Below, in pieces: positions 1 to 14,549 of a DNA stretch of 64,000 nt. This DNA is from Zootoca vivipara (lineage: Eukaryota), in assembly GCF_963506605.1 (NCBI RefSeq), contig NC_083283.1, positions 58,652,001-58,716,000 of the forward strand, in the 5' to 3' direction. The translations under genes and the position numbers were made by a program. Each line of letters opens with the position of its first letter. Position 1 is the stretch's first letter. Below the pieces are notes generated by a model, which did no database searches, had not been told where the DNA came from, and was given only the letters and a program-made list of their open reading frames with translations.

Positions 1-316
1 TCAAAGTTTGATTATAAAATGTATTTTATCTTTCATGTAGGCCTAGTATATATTGCTTGATAATTTGCTGGTGAACGGCTACTTCCATAGGGGACCAAAT
101 TTAAAAGTTGCACATTTGCAATTCAATTTCTATGCATTTACACTAGACAAATTGACTCCTGATTTTATCCTGCCTTGGGTTTAATGAAGTAAATTTAGTC
201 ATGACATAACCCCAGTTTTGGCTACAGATAATATTCGTCGCTGTAAGGCTTTATTTCACACAGGATGCAAAATCAGCTTGTTCAGTCACCACAGTGATTC
301 CTCTTTTGAAAGTTAC

Positions 317-483
317 CTCCAGATGCTCTAAAATATAGGGAGGGTTCGTCATGCCAAGTCTCAGCATTGCTCCCTCAGGGATCACTTCAACCAGCTTCCA
401 TAGGAGAGTAGGGAGGTCTGTGCCAATGTCTCTTCCATAAGCCCCTGTGTCTTCACTGGTCAGCCATATCTCACATACCCCTT
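317..483 (-). CDS. CDKAL1: CDKAL1 internal coding exon (167 bp), radical SAM domain of tRNA t6A methylthiotransferase
   Basis: Translates to (E)[55 protein letters not shown], recognisable CDKAL1 sequence. Minus-strand acceptor cAG at 486-484 with a pyrimidine tract; donor GTAACT at 316-311. Phase 1 matches the upstream exon (caa g|aa ggg = Q-E-G). Confidence 0.97.
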
Positions 484-1133
484 CTGTCAATAAGAGAAAG
501 AGCAAGGTAATTAACAAATCTGCTTTTGAGCTTGTTATTTTATCATACAGCTGCTCACTCTTTTTAATGCATTATTTCATAAACTAAACTTTTATGCTGC
601 CAGTCTGGTTATTCAATTGCAAAGAAAGAGAGGCATATCCCTTGGGTAGTAGTGGATTACTGAGTTCATTTTATGAGCATCAGAGTGCTACAACAATGCA
701 GTAAATTATTGCTTTGGAGTGATTAACATTCACAGCCAGTGACTAATGTGAGACGCCTTTTTAATGCAACTCAGACAGGAGTAAGATTGCACTTCCATCA
801 CTAAGACTTTCTGCCTTATTAAACCATGAGCAAGTACTATATAGTGCTGGTCAAACTTCTAACAGTCAGCTGACTAACTGCCTAGTTAACAGCCTGTAAA
901 AGGCAAAGTAGCTAAGTCTCAAACAGGCCAAACTGCTGACTATACTGATCATCCCTTATAGGGAAGCAACTGTTACAAACCAAAACCTTTACATGGTATT
1001 TACAAGGCTATACAAAACTTGACCACTTTAAAAACAACAACCACCACTCAGTGTGATATAGAGAAATAATCACTTCAGGAAAATGCTTCTTCAACCCGCT
1101 CATGTATGACTGAGGCTGCAGGAAATCATATTA

Positions 1134-1369
1134 CAGGGGTACCTTGGTTTGTGAACGCAATCCGTTCCGCGGAGGCGTTTGCTCGCCGAAGGCACGCTTC
1201 TGACTGTGCACGAAGCGCCGATAGAGCGCTTCTGCGCATGCGTGAGCTGCACAGATCGCTTCTGCGCATCTGAGCGCCGCGGAACCCGGATGTAAACACT
1301 TCCGGGTCCGCGGAGTTCGTAAACGGAGGTGTTCATAAATAGAGGTAAGCGTAAACCGAGGTTTCACTG
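1134..1369. mobile_element. TcMar/Tigger-like MITE
   Basis: TA|CAGGGGTACCTTGGTTT ... AAACCGAGGTTTCACTG|TA: imperfect TIRs with TA TSD; CpG-rich interior. Confidence 0.8.
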
Positions 1370-2822
1370 TATTTTACTTGCTGCTTAAAAGAATATGATT
1401 CTTGAACATAAGTTAATTACATCTTCCCTAATCATTACATCTAATGATTGTTAGACAGCAAGCTTATTTTAGTTATAAAACTCTGTAAACCACCACATAA
1501 AATGAGCGGTGAAAAAAAGGCCCCCATTGAGGCCACCGTGTTATTTAGGAAGAAATCCTAAGTATGGAAACCCAGAATAATTTACACCATCTTAAATTAA
1601 ACCGGCATAAAGTATGCCATATCCAAACTCTGTCTAGGAGCAAGTCTACTGTTGGCTGAGCCATCCTAAGCCTGGCAGAGGGAAGACAAGCCTTTAAAAT
1701 AGTTTGACCCTTTTTGCCAGAGTGCATTCTGCCATGTTGCTAGGTTACATGACTGAGCTGATTTGGAGTTAGGTTCCAGTCTTAAGTCCTGCCCCACTAT
1801 GCTCATTTTCAGGGTTTATGCCAGCGTCATTCTGCCAGTCTCAGCTGAGTGGGATGACTGAGTTACACCAGTGTCTCTCTGGCTGAGCTAGAGTTGGGGG
1901 CTTATACCAGCATAGCCCAGCTGAGCTGAGAAAATGCGGGCGGAGCTGGGGACCCATCACATCATAACTCATTCATTCCAGTAGATTTAGGGTTAGGACT
2001 GCACCCTTAATGTCTGCAGTGGGGAGTTCTCTCTGTGTGCAAAGGCACACTGTATGATGTAGAACCCTGACTGTGAGACGTCTGACTCTTGTTCCTGGTT
2101 TCATAAACTATAGGAAAGATAGGAAAGAGTGTCCAAACCCTGGCATGTCAGTCCATATGCTTTCCCTCTTTCCATTTTAATCAATGGAAAATCTCACTTT
2201 CCATTTTAATCAATAATGTTGTCACATAAACTATATGAAAGGAAGCACATACATCAAACACCAGTTAAACAAACAGTACAAAAATCTTTCATAAAGCAAT
2301 TCACATAAACAGGACATTAACTACTATTTTCCAGTTGCAAGTGTTCATCAAAACAATGTGCAGGCTTTAAAAATGAAGAGTAATCTTCATTATAAATTTC
2401 CCAGTCAAATGGTCCCATATTTTTGACCTGTGAAGAGGGCTTCTGGAATGCTGCCTTGCTGGTGCCAGATGAGTGTAAAGAAATAGTCACCATGAATAGG
2501 AATGAAAACAATATTCACATGGAAAAGAACAGCTTTCTCTGAAATCTGCATAGGTGGGGATCATTAGCCCCCTGGTGGGCTGAAAATTAAATCGTATAAA
2601 GAGGAAGCAGCTGCAACAGTAAATTAGCAACAACAGGAATAACTGTCTTTACCGCTCTACCATCAGGGCGTTAAATAACAGGGGAAGTCTATTATTCATC
2701 CAAGCACAAATACAAACTTCTAAAGAATCTCCGCTTTACCCAGCCTGATTTTATATCAAAAACATTAGTTCAATTCAGACATTACAGCAAACAATGTAAA
2801 GGAAGTTCTACTATGATTCAGT

Positions 2823-2935
2823 GCAGAAGTGGCCAAGCTGTGGCCCTCTGGATGTCCATTTCCCATCACCCTGGACCACTGGCTATGCTAGCTAGGGCTG
2901 ATGGGAGTTGGAAGACTACAGGTACTGCACACCTG
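2823..2935. mobile_element. Degenerate palindromic hAT-type MITE (related to 40462-40597)
   Basis: ggccctctggatg...tcccatcaccctggaccactggc...gggctgatgggagttg core resembling the other copies. Confidence 0.6.
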
Positions 2936-5900
2936 GCATAGTACAATATGGGAACAGGCCAGCAATAGTTTGATGTGGGTTGTGTACACCTTGGTGTGTG
3001 ATAACTATTTTTTGTTGTGATATAAAAATCAATAAACCAAATCATAACATTATATAACTATATCAACAGCAAAATGTTACCATTTGAAAGTATGCTAGAT
3101 TAAAGGAACATATCACAGTATTTGGGGGAAAATCTATAGTCTGTTGGCTTGTCTATGTATGCAAGAAAATTGTGACACACTAAAAAAACTACTTCTTCCT
3201 AGGTTTAACTTCTGCCTCCCTTATCTACTGACTCAGTATGAGTGTAATCACTATTTCACAGGCACCATTTCCTGTGTTATTATTTCTTAAGGATTTTTCA
3301 GGGGATTTCCATCATCATGCCACACAGATTTCATCAGGTATCAACAGACTCAACAGAAAGTCTGTAGATGTAGGCTGATCTCTCCTTTCACTTGGGGACC
3401 AAAACTGCCTTGGTCCCTAGAAGTCAGCACCTATGGTACTGATCGAAATATTAATCTGCAGATGTTTTCCTATATTTTTACTTAGTCTTCTACATCAACA
3501 GTCTCACCTTCCCAGGCTAAGGAATACAATGGAATGTCTTCATTTTTAAACAATACAAAAGCTGTTCCTAATAAAACTAATACCTTTCCATTTCTCATGG
3601 ATCATACTAATGTCCAGAAAATACAGATTCTTGATCTGAAGCCATTCTCATTCTTACATTACATTTCAACTTGTGATAGAGACACTGGTACTGCACTCTG
3701 GGAAAAGTTGGTGATTTCTGAGCACAGAATTTCTATTCCATTTCTTCTGATAAGCTAATAAATACATATCAGTATTAATGTGTCTAAATAGATGCTGATG
3801 GAACAAATGTAGAAACCGAAAACATTCATTGTCAAAACCCACAGCTAATCTGTGAAGTTGCAATTGTAGTGGCTAAAGAACACCCCAAAACATTGACCTG
3901 TCCCTTGAAACTTTCACCTGAGCATTTGAAATGGTAACAGGCTGGATTCTACTGCAGAGTGGTTTGCTGTATGATGCTACTTTGGGTGAAACCTAGCTCT
4001 GACCTTCACCCTCATCCTCATATTCTTATCAATAATTGCCCAGCCACTTTGCCCTTCTTTTTCCAGCAGAGAATTATTTTGGCAGCTTGCCATGTTCTCC
4101 AGAACACAGAACTCTCCCCCACCATACCAAACACATTTTAAAGAAGACCATCTGCCAAGGAGAAGTCTGATTTTGAAGTGTTTGTCAAAAATTGCCTGCA
4201 GTCTCAAGGATAATTAATCCAAAATTGCCATTCCTGCTCATGCCCATTGAATTCATTAGTGACACAACATTAGCTCTAAGAAGAAGGAAAAGGCAGATAT
4301 AGACTGGAAAGCTTATGAAATCAAATCCAACTAATAGAAGCTCATTGTTAAGGTTGAACTTACCCCACCTAAATTATTTGGTTTTCAATTAAGTGCACAC
4401 TCCTAAGCTAAAACATAATAATTAAGCAGGTCCTATTTTGGGAATTTAACAAAATTTGGCAAATGTTTCAGATCTAAAGCTTGGAAGCTGCTAATTTTCC
4501 AAAAGAAGAAATAAAAAGGAGAAATTTCTAATGATAAAATAAACACAGCAGGCTCACTTAAAAAAAAGACAAGATGAAGAAGGGCTGGAGGAGCAGTTTT
4601 ATTTTTCTGCTTCATAGTGGTCTATCCCTTCATCCCAGACAGTGTCTTAAAATAGATTTTAAAAAACATAAACGAAGTGCAAAATGGGGGTGCAGTGGGG
4701 GACAAAAGGACATTTCTGATCACTTCCTTCTGACACACCTGTTAATGGTCGCATTTAATTTCGTGCAATCAACAACATGCACGAATAAAATCATACTGCA
4801 TTTCCCTTTAAAGCTATGCACATGTAGGAATATTACACCTTTCCAAGATAATTACACTGTTCTCTGTGCAATTAAGAGGCTGATTTGCATTCCTTTCCTT
4901 TGGATTCAACCAGGCACAGCATTTTCCCACTTTAGATCATTTTAAAAATTTCATTGTGAAACTTCTTTCTCCCTATCAAACTCTGAAACCTAGCCCATCA
5001 AGTAGGATGCTAATTCCCAAGAGATTAGCCTGAATATTGAGCTCACTGTGGACCTACAATCTGAATTACAAAATTATTTTTCTCCTCCCTCTGAAGTGGG
5101 GTAGAAAGACTGACTCAGTCCCAAATGGGACCCTCCTTCCCTCACGCTTCATTAAAATGTCTATCCATAGAAAATAAACTGAAATACTAAATTGTAGACC
5201 CAGGGAGACCAAAGTTTAGCTGAGTTGAGGGTACAGCCGCTTTCACTTTGCATTTAGGAGAAATGAATAAATAGATTGGCTCTCTGCACAACTATATTAA
5301 ACACATAATTAATAAATGGTGGCATATTCCTTTTCTTGGCATCAGTAGAACAGATGAATAAGACTTATGATATCCAGAGGACAACTATTTGAAGCAAAGC
5401 AGATCAGTGCCAAGGGACTGATAGTTGGTCAGATAAGTCAGAGAAGATGGGCAAGCATATAAAGGGAAGAATGGACAGGACTTGAGAATGAGAAGCAGAG
5501 ATTTGGCCAAAACAAAGGAAGGTGGGACAGGTGTGGACTAAATGGCTGATCATGTTTCAACTTAATAAGCAGAGATAAACAAGCCAATTGCCCATGAATA
5601 CAGCCCCTACACTGCTTTCAGTAAATGCTTTCATCAAGCCATGAAGTCTCTAATTAACCATGGTTTCTCCTTTTGTCCACAATGGAAAACAATGATCACC
5701 AGGATCAGAACATGCCAGGATATTAAACCAACTTCAAATGGTGGTTAACATCCTGGCCTTTTCCTGGTTTTCTAGAGACTTCCTGGTTTGGTTGCTAGTG
5801 CCACAAAGAGAGGGGCAAAGGGGCTGCATACCTCAGCTTATTAAGGCAATAATGTTTGAATTAGGTCAATGTGCTGGATCCAACCTAAGTCACACTTGGG

Positions 5901-5992
5901 TCTCACAGAAATCAGTCTGAAAAATTATTCATGACCCAATGATTTTTAGGTGCAAATGACTTAAGCTAGATCCAGTTCAACATCTACATGTG

Positions 5993-5993
<1 letters not shown>

Positions 5994-6037
<44 letters not shown>

Positions 6038-6087
6038 TACCCCGCCCATTTGGCTGGGTTTCCCCCACCATTCTGGGCGGCTTCCAG
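5994..6087 (-). mobile_element. L2-type LINE 3' end with (TAAA)n tail
   Basis: (ttta)n followed by taccccgcccatttggctgggtttcccc...ctgggcggcttcca, the same 3' end as the ORF2-bearing copy at 35713-36125. Confidence 0.8.
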
Positions 6088-6292
6088 AATCACAAGCAAG
6101 TCATTTGACTTTTTGAAAAATAAAAATAAAACAAATCCCATCTCCTCTTAGAGACCGGAAAACTATCTAAAAAGTAGAAAAGCCTGAATTATGCATGAAA
6201 ACAACATATTCTGTGGCTGAAGAAACTAACTGTAAAAGAAAGGGTATTTTAAACATAGGCAGTGCCCTTTTTAAAAAGTATGCGCTCTCTCT

Positions 6293-6295
<3 letters not shown>

Positions 6296-6334
<39 letters not shown>
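6296..6334. repeat. (CA)n microsatellite
   Basis: Direct read of about 19 CA units. Confidence 0.95.
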
Positions 6335-6335
<1 letters not shown>

Positions 6336-7476
6336 TTGCTTCTTCAGTAGATAGGTCTGTGGGATCATTAAATGCTAAATGGAGCATAGCTTGCTTCTTT
6401 TCCCTTACAATGCAAACTATTGTATTTGCTTATAAAAGAAGTCATTCTACCCCTATAGGGACTTCTGCTTTTGTGGCCTAGCAAAGTATAAACTAAGAGC
6501 CTTGTCTCACAGTATGCAGTGATGGACCCTCAGTAGAGTGGAGGGGGATCTATAATGGCTCACTTGATCACTGCAAACAGTATGATAGCAACACTTTACT
6601 AACAAAAACAAACCCTAAAGGAAACCCAGACAGACATAGAAGTCTTCATTGTTGTTTTAAGCAGTACCATCTAGAATATGCATACGCTTAAAAAAGTGGG
6701 GCAAGGGTGAGAGAGAGGCTCATTTATGTCATATGCCATGATGATAGATTGGATTCTTGGGCCACTCTAAGGCTGCAGAGGAAGTTGAATGATGGATCAG
6801 AAAATACAACATTTCAAATGGACTAGACATGAAGAGGAGAGGGCTCGATTTTCCTTTCCCCATTCACATATACATGTACTGTACAAAGATTTGATATTAT
6901 TACACTAAAACAAACAAGTATCAGTAAAAGCAGCACTATAAAAATCATTAGCAACAGGATAACATACAAACTTCAAGGCAAACTATTCAAAGGGAAAAAT
7001 TCTTCCTAGGCATGCCCAAACCTTTGGATGTGCCTAAAATAGTACTTTGCCAATGCCTGTCTAGTTCTCTCTTGTTCCCTAACATAATTCTTTGTACTGC
7101 TCCACTTCAGGAAGACCAGGTCTAAATACTTCGGATTTAGAATATTTCCTATGGCATTCTCCCTGCCTCACTCAATGACTGTACAAGATGGCTAACTGCT
7201 TCCACTACAATAGAGAAACCAAGCTTTATTTTCAGGGGGCGGGCGGATTAAGACATTCACCTCTTGCAGGTCTAGGATAAGATGTCTGCCCTCTCCTTCT
7301 TGAGAAGGAAGAGCTGCTTGACAAAGAATGCCTCATCCCCAGGTGGGGTCAGTACTATCAAACTAGATAAGAGTACAACAAAAGCTTATTTCCTGCTCAT
7401 ATTTTCCTGTACAGATATTCTTGCAGGTGAATACAGGCTTACTATTTCAGAAACCCTGGCTTATGTTATGCACATT

Positions 7477-7703
7477 CAGGGACGTCTTAAGTATGTTTGG
7501 TGCCCTGGTGCCGTGGTGCGATGGATCCCTCCGGCGCCCCCGCCCCGTTTCCCAGCATGGCGGGCGGAGTTGCACGGCTGGGCCGGCGGGCGCAGCGCAC
7601 AGCGCGGCTGCCGGGGGTGCAGCTCCGCAGCGGGCGCAGATGTGCAGCGCCCCCGGTGGGCGGGCGCCCTGCGGCACCCAGCCTGGCCGTAGGGCCAGCC
7701 CTG
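7477..7703. mobile_element. GC-rich hAT non-autonomous element
   Basis: CAGGG...CCCTG termini flanked by perfect 8-bp TSD TGCACATT (7469-7476 and 7704-7711). Confidence 0.85.
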
Positions 7704-9189
7704 TGCACATTCAGGGCTCCCCCCCCTGCATGGAACTCACCAGAAGTCAGTTCCAGCACCTCTCAGGTGGGTTCCCGTTGCCATTTTATTAGTAAGACAA
7801 CCTTCCCCAGCTTGATGCCTTCCAAATATTTTGAACTCCAGTTCTGTCAGTCCCAGCTGGCTGAGGCTGATGTGTGTTATAGTCCCAAAGCATCAGAAGG
7901 GCACCAGGTAGGGTAGACTGATTTAAGAAAGGCCTTTTAAACCTGAAAGAGGGACTATAAAATGGTTTTTAAAACCCCTAAAAATTCAAATAAAATCATG
8001 ACGCATCTCACACAGAATGGTGTAGAATGTTTCACCATGTACCATTAAAAAGCAACAGTAACATAGCTGCAAACCGTTACACATGTAAGACTAGAATGCA
8101 TTTGATGGCTTGAGAGGCATACTGTATGTAGCATAACAGAATAACCATTTAGTATTGATGGGCAAGATACCAAAACATACTCAAATGTACGGTACTGTTG
8201 TAGCTAAAATATCAGACACATATTTTTCAGAATTACAGGAAATCTTAACAGTTTTATGCACACAGCAGGATGTAGGGATGATTAAACTATTTAATACTAA
8301 ATAAGAGCTACAAGCAGTTTAAAAAAACTTGTTTTCATGGAAACAGATGAAATGGGGTTTCACATTTATGTAATACCAAATTATCATTAAACACTGTTCA
8401 TGTAAATATAAACTTATTCGTGCTTTGAAATATCAATTACTTTTTTTTAAAAAAAACTGCTTTAATTGGGTATAAATACATCCATGGCTGATACATATTT
8501 CCTTGGGAATAAGTCCTACTTATTGCAATCACATTTATTCCTAGAGAGTTGAGGACTGTAGTCAAGGCTATATTAGCAATGATGCCCCCTCCATATCTGA
8601 CTCATAATGTATAGTTCTATTCTGAGTTTTACAACTTTTTTTTAAAATGCTGCTCAAATCTTTGACATGAATGAAGAGCTTGTAGGATGGTTTCACAGTC
8701 AATGAATTCAGGCTATTACAAGTTACATTTTAAGTGTGATCTACAACACAACTCCCTCTTAACATTTTATTAAAAGTAGGAAAAAGAAAAATGAGGTATG
8801 TTAAACTTATTCTTTATCTCTTGAAAAGTCTGTGGCAAGGAAGGTTCTACTTGAGAGTTATTGAAGGTATTAATTACTCTTGTGGGAATTAGAGAAAAAA
8901 AATAGTTTAAAAGGTCTTACATTGTCTGGAGTTTGACCCCATCCTGGTCGAACAAGACATAATTAAATACACCCAAAAAGGGAAATAATAGCAAAATGGG
9001 AAATACTGTTTTCGTCTTTGATCATCAAACTGTGTCCCTGGACACAACATGCTTATTACATAGAGAAGGGAACCAGAAGGAAGAAGAAATGAAGCATGTA
9101 AAGAAAAGAAAAAAAACTGGGAAAAGGGTAGAAAAACATAAATTAAGGAAGAAGAATTTTCTTCAAGCCCTATTTTATCTTCCAACAAA

Positions 9190-9840
9190 ACCAGCTTGTC
9201 AATATCCTTCTTAAATTGTGGTGACCAGAACTGGACACAGTACTCCAGGTGTGGTCTGACCAAGGCAGAGTAGAGCGGGACTATAAATTCCCTTGATTTG
9301 GACACTATACTTCTGTTGATGCAGCTTAGAAGCATTAGCTTTTTTGCTAGCTGTTGCATCACACTGTTGACTCATGTTAAACTAGAGATCTACTAAAACC
9401 ACAGACTCTGTCCACTACTTGCAAGCCAGGTGTCCCCTATCTTTTATTTGTGCATTTTATTCTTCCTACCTAAGTGTATAACCTTAGCCCCTGTTGAAAT
9501 TCATTTTGTTAGTTTGGGCCCAGTCCTCTATTAAGGTTATCATGAATCATCCTGATTCTGTCTTCAGAAGCATTGGCTACCCCTTCCACTTAGCTGTCAT
9601 CTGAAAATTTGATGAGCATCACCTCAATTCCTTCATCCAAGTCATTTACAAAGATGTTGAACAACAACGGGTCCAGGACAGAACCCTGTGGCACCCCACT
9701 TGCCACTTTCTTCCGGCATTACAAGGAACCATTAATGAGCATTCTTTGTATTCGGTCAGTTAACCAGCTACAAATCCACCTAACAGTTACCTCATCCAGT
9801 CCACATTTTACCAACTTCTCTGCAAGAATACCATGCAACT
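9190..9840 (-). mobile_element. CR1 LINE ORF2 (RT) fragment, degenerate
   Basis: Minus-strand peptide [37 protein letters not shown]; the plus-strand antisense [13 protein letters not shown] corresponds to the RT motif GVPQGSVL. Confidence 0.9.
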
Positions 9841-9881
9841 TTGCCAAAACCCTAAGTGCTCACAGGCTGACTGTTTTTTTT

Positions 9882-9882
9882 A

Positions 9883-9927
<45 letters not shown>

Positions 9928-10058
9928 TTATTATTTATACCCCGCCCATCTGGCTGGGTTTCCCCAGACACTCTGGGCGGCTTCCAACAAAATATTAAAA
10001 TACAATAGTCTGTTAAACATTATAGGCTTCCCTAAACAGGGCTGCCTTCAGATGTCTG
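9882..10058 (-). mobile_element. L2-type LINE 3' end with (AAT)n tail
   Basis: (tta)n, then taccccgcccatctggctggg...cttccctaaacagggctgccttcagatgtc. Confidence 0.85.
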
Positions 10059-11839
10059 TTCTAGGCATCTGTTCTAGGACCCTTCCTAGTGTTGATGTCA
10101 AACTCACCAGTTAGTACTAGTTACCTGGGTCTTCTTTCCCTCCCCTTGGGTGCAGCTCATGAGGCCTGGACATTTGAATTCATTTAAAGTAGCTAGTATC
10201 ACCTCTTTTCCTACCTTGGGCTGTAGCTCCCTCCTTGCATCGTTTAGTCTGTTATCACCAGGTTGGCCACTGCTTTCAAACATTGAACCAGAGTTTATTA
10301 AACTAGCTTGTTGGAGCTAACTATGGCCAGCAGCTTAGGGGTGCAAACCTGAGGTTTGCTGCAGTTTAGTCTCATGGTGATATACCATAGTTTAGAGCAG
10401 GGATAGCCAACGAAATACCCTCCAAATGATATGAACTGCAATTCACACCATCCCCGAACACTGACCATGTTGGTCGGGGCTTATGTGAGTTGTAGTGCAA
10501 AATGTCTGCAGGGCACCATGTTGGCTACCACTGGTTTAGTGTTTCATCTGAACACAGCTACCGGTAGTAAATGCTACTTCAGAAGCAAAGGAAAAACTTG
10601 TGGAATTAAATCTTCATAGGAGTCTTGCACTATTGAATATTTTAATAGTTATGAAATGGCTTATATTCTAAAGACAATTTAGAATATATTCCTTTAAAAA
10701 AAAAATAAACCTCAAGCATATATACATTTGACTTTTGAACAAAGGAGTTATTTTTAAAAATCCTACCTGAAGAGCTGGATTTTTGTCAATTTGCTTTTAG
10801 GAATAGATATTCCAGAGAGACTTGTAGTCACTGTGCATTAATCTAAGTAAACAGGGAACTGCATCTGCTACTTTGAGCATGGTTATATTATTATCCATTT
10901 TTCACAAATTGAATTTTTTGAGAGACTTAAAATATGAAAAACTATTAGCTTAGTAAATATACTGTGAATCCATTTGTTGCCTTTTCAATCAAGGCCCAAC
11001 AATATTTTTACTTCATGGAATATATTTGTGTCTGCTGGTTTGAAAGCAGACTTTTAAAGCTATTTCTAATAAATCTCCAGAATTAGGATTTTTTAACAGT
11101 GCAATCCTAAATTTGACTGCTACTGTATTTATACTGGCCTGGTTTGTTTTCATGGCACAATTATCCAAACTATGACTTATTGGGACAATGCAAAAGTGCT
11201 GGCTTCTGGAGAGGAGCTCAAAGAGGCTTTGTTCCTCTGCAGTGGTTTTTGTTTTGTGTTATTCCTGCACATGGTGAACCAAACCAAAGTTTGTGGTGAA
11301 GCTCACACCTGGCCCACCATGAGTCTGGCTTACAACACTGTGTGAATACACACCACTGTGTATTAATTTTTTATTGTTGTTTTATCTTGTTTGAATTGGT
11401 TTTTATTGTTGGTATTTCAATCAGTATCTTGTAAACTACCTTGGAATCCTGAGTGCATGAAGGGCGGTTTAAAAGCTGAGCACCAGGAAGTGGAGAAGGG
11501 GCTGGTGGATGCTGCAGTGATCAACATCCCCCTTCTCTGCTTCCACCCTTAGCTCAGATCCTTGAGGACTGGCATCTTGTTCTGGAGGAGAGTACCTTCA
11601 GGAAGGGCTGGTGGGGGGGGAAAGAGGGAGCCCGTTCCTTGCCCGAAACTGTGGGGAGCCGCTGCCGGTTCACTTCCATGCCTACAGTTAGGTGAGGCAA
11701 CCTGGATATTTCAATTTCACTCAGTTTCCCAATCTTATTTTCAGTTCTCTGTATTTCCACATCAGTGTGAGATTTTTTTTTTAAAGTCCTCATGAAAATT
11801 AACCAGCATTTTAGCACAAAGTTCTCCTAACATTAACAT

Positions 11840-12064
11840 AAAGGGACCCCTGACCATTAGGTCCAGTCGTGACCGACTCTGGGGTTGCGGCGCTCATCTT
11901 GCATTATTGGCCGAGGAAGCTGGCGTACAGCTTCCAGGTCATGTGGCCAGCATGACAAAGCCGCTTCTGGCGAACCAGAGCAGCACATGGAAACGCCATT
12001 TACCTTCCTGCTTGTAGCGGTACCTATTTATCTACTTGCACTTGACATGCTTTTGAACTGCTAG
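11840..12064 (-). mobile_element. Sauria SINE (5'-truncated)
   Basis: aaagggacccctgaccattaggtccagtcg...gcggcgctcatc...gtcatgtggccagcatgac...tttaccttcc; TSD GTTCTCCTAACAT at 11821-11833 and 12065-12077. Confidence 0.88.
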
Positions 12065-13855
12065 GTTCTCCTAACATACCGGTACACATTTTTGCAAGGC
12101 AATCTTCCTTAAAAAATAATTCAGGACATGAGTTGAGAAGCATCAAGTGTGTTCTTTTAAAAAACATGTTTTAACCTTTTTTTTGGTGCATATCTACATC
12201 AGGAGTCATTCAATATGGTACTGGTAAATTAAACCCCAAACTATGAAAGCAAAACTAAAGTATATCCCATCCCATCTCCTCTAAACATAACATTCTATGG
12301 GTGCTTTGCAGATGTTCGGTCACCATCTCCCATCATCCCCTGACTATTGACCAAATTGGCTGGAGGTGATGGATGTTGTAGTCCAACAACATCCGCATAG
12401 CACCTTAACAAAGAATAGACTTTTAGTTATTCATCATTGCATATCATCACTTTTGTGATCCTGGATTGGAATTTAATTAACTTTTGTGGTTATCTTTTCT
12501 CTTGAAGACAAAACATACAGAAAACTGAACAGCCCATTCTCTTTTATTTTCAACTCTGAAACTTTAGTCCTTTTCAGGAAACATCTGCACAGAAGGGGCC
12601 TCAGTTTCCATTCTGGCGAGGTAACATTAAACTGGAATTTCCTCTAGGAAAAAAATATATGTGAAATGGGGGCAAAGGAAAGCCAAGCCCTCAAAGATCA
12701 TACAGTCATGTGCTGTCTGCAAAAAGGTATGTGCAGCCAAAGTGCAATCACTGCAGCCCACAAAACTGTGAGACAAAACATTGGTGGGTGAGCACCCATC
12801 CTCCACACTCCTCCTAATTTATGCTTTGGATTTCACTTACTGCATTAGAGATGTCTGGAAGGCGGTGTCCTTAAGGCCCAAATATTCATTGACTATGCTT
12901 TATGTTTTAGTTAGGTTTTTGTTAATGTGTTTGTAATGTTGCATTTTTAAACTGTGTGCTGCTCTGCTATATTTTTTTGAAAGTGTTGTCTACTAAAAGA
13001 AAAAGTAGAAATTACCTCAATGGCTAGATATACAGTATCAATATGTTTATGCTCAACAGATTCTTAATATGACACAATGAAATTACTGACCCCGTGAATG
13101 AGAACTGACTCATTCAAATTTTAAATTAACATTAACTTTAAAAAATGAAACAAGAGCACATGCTACCAAAAATGGTCCATTATGCATGAAGTTGGTGATA
13201 AGATTCAGACATACAGTATCTGAACAGGATAATCTGTAATGATTTCATTCTTTTGATAATTGCTTCACTTCTGAAAAGCAGAAGCCATCACAGTAACTGA
13301 ACAACATGTAATTTATCCTAGAAATTCTCAAGCTGTTTACTTATTTCATAGCCAGGGTGTCTTACAATGCCTATTGTATTAAGTATTTGCTCAAGTTATT
13401 TGGCTGCCTGCCTGCCTCTAATTCCCATTTGTAACTTGGAAACCAGTTTCAGCCTATGCTGACCTGTTGTATCCAGAACACAAATTACCAATCTACCGAC
13501 CACCCGCAGAGCATTTTCTGCTGTTCATATTAAGCTAGGACAAGAGGCACATTTAAGACTACCTATTTTGTGCACTTGTGTGTATGAGATACACACACCA
13601 CACACATAATTGTTACCACACAGCTTAACCTACAGCATATAACATAGCAAGACAAAGCATTTCACATCTCAAATGTCTGCAAACTTTTCTTGCAAAACAC
13701 TCTTATTATCCAGTTTGTAAAAGTGGCAACAATATTCCCCAACACATAATTTTGCATTGCTTATCAATGACTTGATAACTTGATTGCATCTGTATAGGAC
13801 TCAGTAGCAAGACAGTACAAGTAGAAATAACTGTATTCTTTGCACAAACTGGTAA

Positions 13856-14024
13856 GAGCCTTAGCTCTGTGACACAGCACATCCTTTGCATGCAAAAGGT
13901 CCTAAATTTCAATCTCTGGCATCTCTAAGTAGTATTGCAAAAGACCAAGACCCTACTAACGGTCAGTGCAGACAATACTGAGCAAGATGGACTAATGGGC
14001 TTGACGTCATATAAAAGAAGTTCC
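13856..14024 (+). mobile_element. Squam3-like tRNA-derived SINE, degenerate
   Basis: tagctc...tttgcatgcaaaaggtcc...ttcaatctctggcatctc head and gtcagtgcagacaatactgagcaagatggac body. Confidence 0.65.
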
Positions 14025-14439
14025 CGGTGTTAGTTTCATAATTCAGTGACAACTCTGCCACTAATCAGAGTGTTGTACTGCAATAATACCCCTATTACTT
14101 ATGCTAGGAAGCCAAGTCACCAATCAATGCAGGGTATGGTAAAATTATTATCCCAATATTCCACTGTGTAGGCATACTATACACAAAACACACCCAGGGA
14201 GAGACCACACAGTCACATGGCACAGTGGAGATGAAGGAGGCAGAAGATGCATACAGCTACAAGATTCATTCTTCACTCAAAGGACAGTTTGAAGCCTATA
14301 GCATGCAACAGCTTTTTAATAACCACTGTTTCCATGGGCAAACAGACAGGATCCTGAAGCAAGGAAGGACTTGAGTCTTGCATGAATCAACCAGCTCCAT
14401 ATTCCAGTTGGTAAGATATTTGCAACAGACTCTCATACC

Positions 14440-14549
14440 AATGCCATACCGTGCATGCGGCAAAACCCGGAAGGAAACACTTACAGGTTTGCCATGTTTG
14501 CAAGCTGAAAAGACGCAACCTGAAGCGGACGCAACATGAGGTATGACTG
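14440..14549. mobile_element. Tigger-like MITE fragment
   Basis: Ends ...gaggtatgactg|TA; internal cccggaaggaaacactt resembles the interior of 1134-1369. Confidence 0.5.

Noticed and set aside
251-517. The 88-aa ORF as a complete gene
   Set aside because: Only 317-483 is exon; the flanking residues are read-through of intron sequence beyond the splice sites.
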